Source: Polyangiales bacterium (GTDB taxonomy: Bacteria > Myxococcota_A > Polyangia > Polyangiales > Polyangiaceae). Taken from it: a DNA stretch of 64,000 nucleotides. Position 1 is the first letter of the stretch; each line of letters starts with the position of its first letter. The stretch lies in the NCBI GenBank assembly GCA_038230375.1, contig JBBRNJ010000002.1, positions 160,001-224,000 on the forward strand. The letters run 5' to 3'. Under the pieces are notes generated by a model. The model ran no database searches and was not told the origin of the DNA. It saw only the letters and a list, made by a program, of their open reading frames with translations. Position numbers and translations under genes: made by a program. This document shows positions 31,424 through 39,421 of the stretch, piece by piece.

Positions 31424-33763
31424 ATGCGCCTCTTCGAGATCTTCGTCGAACAGAAATCCCCCCTGCGTGAGCCCGCTCCCGAGCTCGCGCCCCCGTCGGG
31501 TCCCGTAAGGATCCGCAAGGCGACGCCCGAGGTCTTCGACCTCTTCGTCAACGGCGCCAATGTCACGGCGCGCATCGCCGAGAGCGAAGGGACCTGCGTC
31601 CTTCGTGACCTCGCCCATGCCGTGGCAGACCTTGGACGCGCGCCGCGGAAGAAGCGGCTCGTGCGCTTCTACGACGACGCGTGCGAGCTCGCGATCGAGC
31701 GCATCGGCGACGAGGCATCCCTCAGCGTCTATCGCACCGGCAGCGTGCCGGACGTGATGCTGTATGATACACGCGTTCCGTTCGCGGACGTGTATGCGAG
31801 CGTGCGTGAGGCCGTGCTGCGCGCGCTGGACAAGACGCCGCTGTCTGCGGTGCTGGAGATCGAGCTCGCTGACGCGCGCGCGCTTCTGGCGGCGGACCCG
31901 GTAGCCTCCGGTCCGCTGCGTGACGAGACGGTGCTCGTGTCCACCGAGATCGATCGCGGCGCGCCCATCGCGCTGTCGGCAGAGTTCCCGATGCGCGCCG
32001 TTGGCGGCGTGACGGAGGACCAGTCGGTGGAGCGGACCGACCTGCATGCGCTGCTCTTCCGCGGTCGCGTGCGCGCAGAGGTCCGTGGTCGCTCCGTAGA
32101 TCTGGGGGAGGGAATGCCCTTCTTCTTCGCGGAGAAGTTCGCGGCGCTCGCGCAGGGCCTCTTGACGTCGTGGGAGCACGGCCAGGCGTTGCATCAGCGG
32201 GTCGAGACCGGCGGCTACCTGCTCGGCCTGCGCTCCACGTCCGAGGGCGCAGTCGCGCTGACGCTGGGAACCGCGCGCGGCGCGCATCTCTTCGGCGCTG
32301 GCAGCTCGTTCCGCGACCGTAGCGTGGTCACGTTCCCCGCGCTGTCCGTGCTGGACGTGGTGGAGGCGGCGCTCTCCTTCGGCCGCAACCTGGTCCGCGC
32401 GATCGTCCGGCGCGATCGCTGTCATGCAAAGAACCTGCGCATTTCCGCGTTCAAGAAGAGCCTGCGCGAGATCTCCGACGCCGTGCGCGAAGTGCGCCTC
32501 GAGGACGAGATGGTGAACCACGCGCCCGAGTCCTACCGCGCGTTCTCACGCACGACGGTGTCCGAGGCCGCGCCGCCGAGCAGCGTTCCTCAACGCCTGA
32601 TTTACACCCAGAAGTGGCGCGCGCTTGTCCCCGGGATCGATCTGCGCTCCACGTTCCTCTGCGGTGAGCGGCTCGTCGTCGGCGGCACCAATCAGACCTA
32701 TTGCCTTGGGCGCTCCACCGGCGAGGTGCTGTGGCGCAAGCAGACCGAGCGAGCGACCAGCGTCGTCACGCCCGGCGGCGTCGCGCGCATCACGCCCGAC
32801 GGCGCGGTCTCCATCCACGACCTTGGCACGGGCGATGTCACGCTCCGGACCTGGATCGCGCCGCGCGTCGGCGGTCCCTGCGCTGGTGCTGTCGTCAACG
32901 CACACGGCCTGCCACGGCTCCTCATCGTGACCGAAGGCGAGCGGCACCTGGTCGCGCTCGATCTCCTCTCGGGCGAGGTTCGGTGGCGACACGCGTGGGG
33001 TCGTCGCGGTGCGCTGCGCCTCAAGCGCTCCGGCAAGATGCTCTACGTCGCGAGCGGCGACAGTGCGCTCACCGCGCTGGACGTCGTCACTGGGCTGCCG
33101 ATCTGGCGAGTCCGCGATCGCCTCCGCTTCCGCTCCACGCCCACGCTCACGGACGACGGCCTCTACGCCGTGGCCGGCGGCGCAGGTGGTCGCGCGAGCC
33201 TCCTCTCCATGGACCCGTTCGCGGGCACCCGTCGCTTCGAGAAGGTGCTCGAGGGTGGCCGCGCGTGCACGATCGAGGGTCCGCCGCTCGTCGCTGGCAA
33301 GACCGTCGCAGTGCTGGTCCGTGAGCGTCACGGTCTGGTGATGGTCGGGATCGATCGCGAGACGGGCGAGACACGCTGGCGTCGCGAGCCCGCCGTTGCG
33401 CCGATCGGTACCTCGTGGCTCCCCGTGGACGACCTCTTCATCGGCAACACGCCGAGCGGTGAGCTCCTCGCGGTCGGCGCCGAGGCGGGCGACGTTCGGT
33501 ATCGCTACGCCGTCGGCGGTCCGCTGGATTCGGACACGCCGCGTCGCCTGGAGCCGGTGCTGCGGTCCGGTGCGCTCTACGTTCCGCACGCCGATGTGCA
33601 CGTGTTCCGCCCCAGCGACGGGAAGAAGATCGGCACCATCGGACCGTGCGATCTGATCCCGGATTTCGTCCGCGTGGACGAGCGCTGCGACGTCTACGTC
33701 GCCGAAGAGAGCGGCCACATGGCTGCATGGGGCAGCGGCCCGCGCCTCTCGCTCGTCAGGTAG
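31424..33763 (+). CDS. PQQ-like beta-propeller repeat protein with an unknown N-terminal domain
   Basis: Repeated A(L/D)xxxGxxxW motifs (GRSTGEVLW, DLLSGEVRW, DVVTGLPIW, DRETGETRW). No signal peptide. Confidence 0.8.
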   Translation: MRLFEIFVEQKSPLREPAPELAPPSGPVRIRKATPEVFDLFVNGANVTARIAESEGTCVLRDLAHAVADLGRAPRKKRLVRFYDDACELAIERIGDEASLSVYRTGSVPDVMLYDTRVPFADVYASVREAVLRALDKTPLSAVLEIELADARALLAADPVASGPLRDETVLVSTEIDRGAPIALSAEFPMRAVGGVTEDQSVERTDLHALLFRGRVRAEVRGRSVDLGEGMPFFFAEKFAALAQGLLTSWEHGQALHQRVETGGYLLGLRSTSEGAVALTLGTARGAHLFGAGSSFRDRSVVTFPALSVLDVVEAALSFGRNLVRAIVRRDRCHAKNLRISAFKKSLREISDAVREVRLEDEMVNHAPESYRAFSRTTVSEAAPPSSVPQRLIYTQKWRALVPGIDLRSTFLCGERLVVGGTNQTYCLGRSTGEVLWRKQTERATSVVTPGGVARITPDGAVSIHDLGTGDVTLRTWIAPRVGGPCAGAVVNAHGLPRLLIVTEGERHLVALDLLSGEVRWRHAWGRRGALRLKRSGKMLYVASGDSALTALDVVTGLPIWRVRDRLRFRSTPTLTDDGLYAVAGGAGGRASLLSMDPFAGTRRFEKVLEGGRACTIEGPPLVAGKTVAVLVRERHGLVMVGIDRETGETRWRREPAVAPIGTSWLPVDDLFIGNTPSGELLAVGAEAGDVRYRYAVGGPLDSDTPRRLEPVLRSGALYVPHADVHVFRPSDGKKIGTIGPCDLIPDFVRVDERCDVYVAEESGHMAAWGSGPRLSLVR

Positions 33764-33767
33764 AGAG

Positions 33768-34982
33768 TCAGATCTTCGCCTTCGGGTCGGTCTTCTTGGT
33801 TCCGCCCAGTAGACCGATGACGAAGAGCGCGGCGAGGAAACCTGCGACCGACGCTGCTACCGACTGCTGCATGCGGTCGTGCAGCCACGCGTAGGTGCCC
33901 GTGCCCCAGAGGGCCCAACCTATTCCGGAGGCCGCTGCGGCGCCGAGGAGCGCGCGGAAGACGCTGCTCGCGCGATAGACCAGGAACGTGGGCAGCACTC
34001 CGAACACGCCCAGCGCCATCGGCAGGATGAGATGCGTTCGCGTCCCCAGGACGGGTATGACGGTGCCGTGCTCCATCAGGACGTGTGCGCCTTGCGTGAG
34101 CGCGTAGCCGGCGCCCGTGGCGAACGCAAAGAAGATGAAGGTGTAGCCAAAGCCCGCAAGGCCGTCCGTGACGTTCACGCGCCCCTTCGACTTGACCTTG
34201 GTCTCCTTGTCGAGCTTCTGGAGCTTGTCGCGTGCCTCCTGTTCCGTGGGCAGGGCGCCCGGCTTCGGCGCCGTGGACGTGCCGCCGCTTCCCGAGGCCA
34301 TGGGCCTGGCGGCCGCGACGTCGCCTGGCTTCAGCGGGCCCGATTGGCCGTCGCCGAAGACGCTCGCGCGATCGCCCGGGTCCGAGCTCTGTCGCGTTGC
34401 CAGGCGCAGGCCGAGCTGCATCGCCTTGCGCGTGAGCGCCTGATCGTCCGCTTCGGGGAGGCCCGCTGCGCGCAACTTCAAGAGGTGGCGCACGCAGCCC
34501 AGCTCCGCCATGGCGCGGTCGAACTCGGGTGAGTCGGCCGCGGGCGAGTCGGGCGCGCCGATCAGGTTTGCGCCACGCGCGACCGTGCGGTACCAGACGT
34601 CGGCCTTCGATGAGTCCTTACCGTAGTGCACGCCGAGCTCGTACAGGTTGCCCAGGTACACGCGCGCCGCGGCGTGCCCCGCATCCGCCGCCGTGCGCAG
34701 GTGCGCGACGCCGGTCTTCAGGTCCTGCGGCACCACGCCGCCGGCCAGGTAGAACAGGGCTACTGCGTTGTGCGCCTCGGCATCACCGAGCTCCGCGGCG
34801 ACCTCGTAGGCTTGAAGGCACGCGCGCAGGTCCTTGGTCGCGCCGTCACCCGTGCGGTGTGCCTTTGCGAGCGCCAGCAAGCCCGCGACGTCCCCTGCTT
34901 CGCGCAGCGAGTCGAGCTCGGACAGTGCCTCCTCGGCGCTGGCCGCGTCCGCGCTCTCTCTTCGGTCAGGGCGCTCGGACAT
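33768..34982 (-). CDS. Sel1-like repeat protein with C-terminal TM helices
   Basis: Sel1 repeats 'EAHNAVALFYLAGGVVPQD...AADAGH' and 'ARVYLGNLYELGVHYGKD' plus four C-terminal TMs. The start overlaps the srfC-like stop. Confidence 0.8.
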   Translation of the reverse strand: MSERPDRRESADAASAEEALSELDSLREAGDVAGLLALAKAHRTGDGATKDLRACLQAYEVAAELGDAEAHNAVALFYLAGGVVPQDLKTGVAHLRTAADAGHAAARVYLGNLYELGVHYGKDSSKADVWYRTVARGANLIGAPDSPAADSPEFDRAMAELGCVRHLLKLRAAGLPEADDQALTRKAMQLGLRLATRQSSDPGDRASVFGDGQSGPLKPGDVAAARPMASGSGGTSTAPKPGALPTEQEARDKLQKLDKETKVKSKGRVNVTDGLAGFGYTFIFFAFATGAGYALTQGAHVLMEHGTVIPVLGTRTHLILPMALGVFGVLPTFLVYRASSVFRALLGAAAASGIGWALWGTGTYAWLHDRMQQSVAASVAGFLAALFVIGLLGGTKKTDPKAKI

Positions 34983-37488
34983 CGTTCTGTTCGACGATGG
35001 CGAGCGTCTGCAAGAGGCGCATGACGCGCGGATCGTCAGGCGCCGCCTTCAGGTTCTTGTCCGCGCTCTGCACGTAGAAGTCGGCCAGGTACTTCGACCA
35101 GTGGCGGAAGTAGCGATTTCCCGCGAAGACAATCTCCAGTGCGGGCGCCTTCGCGTTCTCTGCGTCGCTGAAGTCGACGTCGCTCCAATCCACCGTGGCG
35201 GCGGTCTCCTCCGCGCGCTCCGCGAAGCTCAGGCGAACCGGTGCGGTCGGCGTGCTGCGCTCGCGGTCCTGGAACAGGTTCAAGAGCCCGTCGCAGATCT
35301 TCACCTGCAGGATCTGAGCGATGATCTTGGGGTTCACTTCCACGCGAGAAAAATAGGGGAAAATCGCGTTGCCGAGGACCGGCAAGAGCAGCTTGGACGT
35401 GCACACGCGCGAGATGAACACCTCGACCTGCGCGGCGGGTAGCTGCGACGTCCCTTGCCTGAAGCGCTCGATCGCGCGCTTCTGCCACCAGCGAAGAATG
35501 TGCGAGAGGAGCCGCTTGACCTTGTCGCTCGCCTTGATGCTCATCTCGGCGACGGTCGCGAGCACGCTCTCGACCTCGCGCAGGACCTCTTCCTCCGGCA
35601 TCACGACCAGGCCAAGGAGCTCTCCGAAGACCTGGCCGGACGCGCGCCGCATCATCTCTGCGTTGACCGCGTTCGTGAGGCCCTTCGCGTCGTCGAGCAG
35701 TCGCGCGCGCGCCTCGGCCTCGTCGCGTGACGGCGTGAGCGCCTTCAGCACCGCGAGCAGCTCGGAGCGGATGGCGCGGGCCTCGCGCGCGAGCTCGTCG
35801 GCCTTCACGTCCACCGCGACCTTGTCGCGCAGCGCGGATGCCAAAAGCGGGATGCCGCTCTTCGGCAGGCCGGTGGTGTCGTAGCCCTCCACGGCGTCCC
35901 ACTTCTCTTCCTTCTTCGCGAAGTAGCGGGACACCGCGCCGGACACGAAGTAGCCCTGCTTCACCTGCTCGTAGTCGGGCTCGCCGGGCTTGAGCGTCTG
36001 CATCTGGTCCGCGTACGGGTTCCGGATCCAGAACAGGTTCTGGAACGGCTTTCCACGCCCACCCCAGTTGCCCGTCCACGACGTGGAGGAGCGCGACCAG
36101 AAATCGATGCATGCATCCTGCACGCGTGAGTCCCAGCGATCCTTCGCGTTGTCGCTGCGCAGCGTGCCCAGGCTCATGTCGAACTTGGTGAGCGCCAGGA
36201 AGAGGCTCGGTGAGTCCACCTCTTCGCGCGCCTGGGGAGACACGTCGCCGAACCGGATCTTGAGCCAGTTCTCGACCTGCGACTGCAGCTGGATGGCCTC
36301 TGGCTTGGTGGGCCCAGGCGAGCAGAGGAGGAGGACCGTGATCTCGCGGTCGAGCGCGTACTGCTCGAAGAGGAAGGTGAGCTTGCCGCGCTTGTAGACC
36401 TCGATGGCGTGCTCCAGCTTTCCGGTGGAGAGCTCCTTCTGGCCGAATCCGTTGATGCCCTTCAGCGCACGCCCGCCCGGAAAATCCAGGAGATCGGCGC
36501 GCTCGAGCAGGCTGCCCGGCGGCGCCACGAGCGGGAGATGGATCTCCGAGATGAGGGCGGAGAGCACGCCGGGATCGATCGCGACCTCGCGGCCGCTCAC
36601 GGACTCGAACACGCGCACCACGTCACGCGCGACGCCGATGCTGTTGAGGCACGACGCATCCAGGATGCTCGCGCGGTCGCTGGCGGCGCGCACGTCCTCC
36701 GCGGACGCCTCCACGATCTCCGCGTGGCCCACGCTGTCCAGCCCGGCGACGAGCTTCTGCATGAGCATGTCCATGTCGGGCGCATGAGCCACCCCACCTG
36801 ACGACGCACCCCAAAGGAGCGAGAAGATGAGCATCCACCCGCTCACCGACTTCACGTCTGCCTTCCATGCGCCCTTCATGAAGCCGTCGTGGCGGCGCAG
36901 CTCGTTAAGGTATGGGTGGCGATCCTGGTACTTCTTCACCAGATCGTGGAAGCACGCGTCCCACGCAGCTTTGAAGACGGGCGCCGCGGGTGCGCCGGCC
37001 TGCATCTTCGCGTCACGCAGTACGCGATCGATCGTGTCCGTGGCCAGGCTGGGCGACGTGCACTCCACCAGGAAGCCCGTGGCCATGGACTCGAGCACGA
37101 CCTCGAGCGACAGGAGGCGGCACTCGAAGTCACCCTTCTTCACCTGCGGCGCGTGCGAGGAGAAGCGCGTGACGACGCCGGTGGACTCCACGCCCTTGGC
37201 CGGGTTGACCTCCTTCAAGAAGTCGAGCTTCTTGCCGCGTCCGAGCACGCTCAGGCTGCCAGTCTCGTGCGAGAGCAGCGCGCCGACAAGGAACGACTTG
37301 CCCGCCTGCGATGGACCAAAGAGGCCCACCGCCTGCGGACGACCCCACGCGCGCCGCAGCTTCCGCATGCGGATGTCCAGATCGCGGAGCGTCGCGACCT
37401 CTGGGAGGGACTCGCCAGCATCGGTCTCGAGCGCGCTCTGGAGCGCGTTCGTGATCGCATCGCCTAGGATCTGGATGGGGTGGCTCAT
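34966..37488 (-). CDS. srfC: SrfC-family dynamin-like P-loop GTPase
   Basis: G1 'GPSQAGKS' (37294-37317), 'ESTGVVTRFS', G3 'LLDFPG', 'KRGKLTFLFEQY', G4 'TKFD' and a helical C-terminal half. Confidence 0.85.
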   Translation of the reverse strand: MSHPIQILGDAITNALQSALETDAGESLPEVATLRDLDIRMRKLRRAWGRPQAVGLFGPSQAGKSFLVGALLSHETGSLSVLGRGKKLDFLKEVNPAKGVESTGVVTRFSSHAPQVKKGDFECRLLSLEVVLESMATGFLVECTSPSLATDTIDRVLRDAKMQAGAPAAPVFKAAWDACFHDLVKKYQDRHPYLNELRRHDGFMKGAWKADVKSVSGWMLIFSLLWGASSGGVAHAPDMDMLMQKLVAGLDSVGHAEIVEASAEDVRAASDRASILDASCLNSIGVARDVVRVFESVSGREVAIDPGVLSALISEIHLPLVAPPGSLLERADLLDFPGGRALKGINGFGQKELSTGKLEHAIEVYKRGKLTFLFEQYALDREITVLLLCSPGPTKPEAIQLQSQVENWLKIRFGDVSPQAREEVDSPSLFLALTKFDMSLGTLRSDNAKDRWDSRVQDACIDFWSRSSTSWTGNWGGRGKPFQNLFWIRNPYADQMQTLKPGEPDYEQVKQGYFVSGAVSRYFAKKEEKWDAVEGYDTTGLPKSGIPLLASALRDKVAVDVKADELAREARAIRSELLAVLKALTPSRDEAEARARLLDDAKGLTNAVNAEMMRRASGQVFGELLGLVVMPEEEVLREVESVLATVAEMSIKASDKVKRLLSHILRWWQKRAIERFRQGTSQLPAAQVEVFISRVCTSKLLLPVLGNAIFPYFSRVEVNPKIIAQILQVKICDGLLNLFQDRERSTPTAPVRLSFAERAEETAATVDWSDVDFSDAENAKAPALEIVFAGNRYFRHWSKYLADFYVQSADKNLKAAPDDPRVMRLLQTLAIVEQNDVRAP

Positions 37489-37517
37489 GATCTGTTGCTG
37501 CTGTTCAATCGGCTCGC

Positions 37518-38756
37518 TCAGAAGCCGTGCCAGGCGCCCTTGCTGTCCTTGTATTCTACACGGACGCCGTCGTACGTGTTTCCCTTGCCCAGGTAGACGT
37601 CGAAGCGGTGGCCCTTCTGCACGGTGCGGGAGACCTTCCCCCAGCCGTTGGTGATGCGCCACTCGGTCGCTTGCGGGTGGACGTGCACGCGGTGCGGTCC
37701 GCCCTTCTGCCCGCCGGCAGGTCCGGTCTGGGTCTTCTTGCCGCCGCCACCACCGCCACCACCACCGCCGGAGCCACCACCGCCGCCGCCGCTTCCGTCG
37801 TCGTCGTCGTCCAGGTCCTCGTCGTCGTCGTCGTCGTCGGGGCCTGCGTCCTTGCCGCCGTCCTTGCCCGCGTCTGCGCCTGCGTCCTTGCCGGCATCGC
37901 CTGCATCAGCGCTGGCGTCTCCGGCGTCCTTGCTGGCATCGCCTGCGTCTGCACTCGCGTCGGCTCCGGCCTCTGCGTCGCCTGCTGCGCCATCGGCCGC
38001 TCCATCTGCAGGTCCGTCGAGCTGCGCGTCTGCGCTCGCGTCGGAGAGCGCCGCCACATTCTCTGCCTCGCACGCCTTCAGCAAGTACAGGATGAGCAGC
38101 AGGATGCCGATGAAGAGCGCAATGAGGAGGAGCCAGATCCAGAACGGACGCTTCTTGTCGTCCTTCTCTTCCTTCTTCTTCTTGTCGTCTTCCGCTTTCT
38201 TGGCGGCGTTCTCGTCCTTGCCCGCGGCGTTGGCGTCCTTGCCTGCGGCGGCGGCCTTCGCGGCCGCGAGCGTTGCTGCGCCCGCCATGGCCTTGCCGAA
38301 GCGATCCCACCCGAAGACGAACTCCTGGTAGCCGGTGAGCGCGCGCGGCGTGGCGCCCCAGTTCACCGCGAAGATCTTCTTCGTGGCCGCGTCGTAGAAG
38401 TAGTGGCCGCCAAGGTCCGCTTCGATCGAGGGGACGGTGAACGCCTCCCTGTACTGGTGGTAGCCGGACGACTCCTTGCGGAACTCGTCTGCCACGCGCG
38501 AGAGCGCCTCGCCGAACTCCTGGGTCGCCTTCTCGACGTCCTCTGGATGCTTCTCGCGCGCCTCTGCGAACGGCATGAGTCGCGCAACATCCCAGGTCAC
38601 GCTCGTGGGCAGGCTCTCTGAACCCTCGGTCTCGGGGATGAGCAGGCGCCCATCCATGAACTTCGGCTCGTTGAGATCGCGCGCGAGCTTCCAGATGGAA
38701 ACGCCGCCCACGAGGTTAGGAAGCCAGGTGGTTCCTTTTTCAGTAGCTCCGCTCAC
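37518..38756 (-). CDS. SrfA-like single-pass membrane protein
   Basis: The N-domain ends 'YFYDAATKKIFAVNWG', followed by a K/E-rich linker, one TM, A/D/G-rich low-complexity repeats and a small C-terminal beta domain. It lies between srfB- and srfC-like genes. Confidence 0.6.
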   Translation of the reverse strand: MSGATEKGTTWLPNLVGGVSIWKLARDLNEPKFMDGRLLIPETEGSESLPTSVTWDVARLMPFAEAREKHPEDVEKATQEFGEALSRVADEFRKESSGYHQYREAFTVPSIEADLGGHYFYDAATKKIFAVNWGATPRALTGYQEFVFGWDRFGKAMAGAATLAAAKAAAAGKDANAAGKDENAAKKAEDDKKKKEEKDDKKRPFWIWLLLIALFIGILLLILYLLKACEAENVAALSDASADAQLDGPADGAADGAAGDAEAGADASADAGDASKDAGDASADAGDAGKDAGADAGKDGGKDAGPDDDDDDEDLDDDDDGSGGGGGGSGGGGGGGGGGKKTQTGPAGGQKGGPHRVHVHPQATEWRITNGWGKVSRTVQKGHRFDVYLGKGNTYDGVRVEYKDSKGAWHGF

Positions 38757-39421
38757 GTGAGAACCCTCGCTTTGGTGCGGACCATCCCGGTCGCTTGTAT
38801 TCTACACAGGAACGTGCGGACCTCGCGGATCGGGCCGCCTTGTCCGCTGTGGCGATCCCGCTCGTGCACGTTGGAGTCGAACGTGGACAGGTGGTCCACG
38901 CTCTCGAAGCGAAGGCGTGGCAGCTCTGACGAGAGCAGCGTGGCCAGGATGGGCGCCGACGTGGTCCGGAGCTGTGGCTCGAGCCCGCGCGCGAATGCGT
39001 AGAACGCGCGGCTCACCTCCAGGCCGACGGCCACGCGCGCCTCCTCTTCACCGCTGGTGCGGAAGTAGAAGTTCACGGCGGCCGCAAACGTGAGCGCCTC
39101 GTCGGAGGTGGCCATGGTCGCGCTCATCTCGCCGAAGAGCAGGCGCAGGGGATAGCCCTTGTCGCTCGGGTTCGCGTGCAGGATGCTCTCGTCCAGGACA
39201 TCGGCCAGCGACCACCGCTCGAGCAGCGCGTTGCCCACGCTGCCAGACTTGTGGTCGTGGGCAGGCTTCTCGCTCGCGGGAGCGCGATCGGAGTGCGGTG
39301 TGGCTTCCGCGGTGGGTGCCAGTGCGGCGAGCTTGGCGCCGAGCGCATCCGCGTCCACGCTCGCGCGTAGTGCAGAAAACAGCTTCTCCGTGAGCTCCTC
39401 GTTCGTGCGCGCGTTTCTCAC
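38753..39421 (-). CDS. hypothetical protein with a GrpE-like C-terminal head
   Basis: GTGA overlaps with both neighbours. The C-terminus 'TFDSNVHE...IREVRTFLCRIQATGMVRTKARVLT' follows the GrpE pattern FDPxxHE...IxEV....Y.....vlRxAxVxV. Confidence 0.6.
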   Translation of the reverse strand: MRNARTNEELTEKLFSALRASVDADALGAKLAALAPTAEATPHSDRAPASEKPAHDHKSGSVGNALLERWSLADVLDESILHANPSDKGYPLRLLFGEMSATMATSDEALTFAAAVNFYFRTSGEEEARVAVGLEVSRAFYAFARGLEPQLRTTSAPILATLLSSELPRLRFESVDHLSTFDSNVHERDRHSGQGGPIREVRTFLCRIQATGMVRTKARVLT

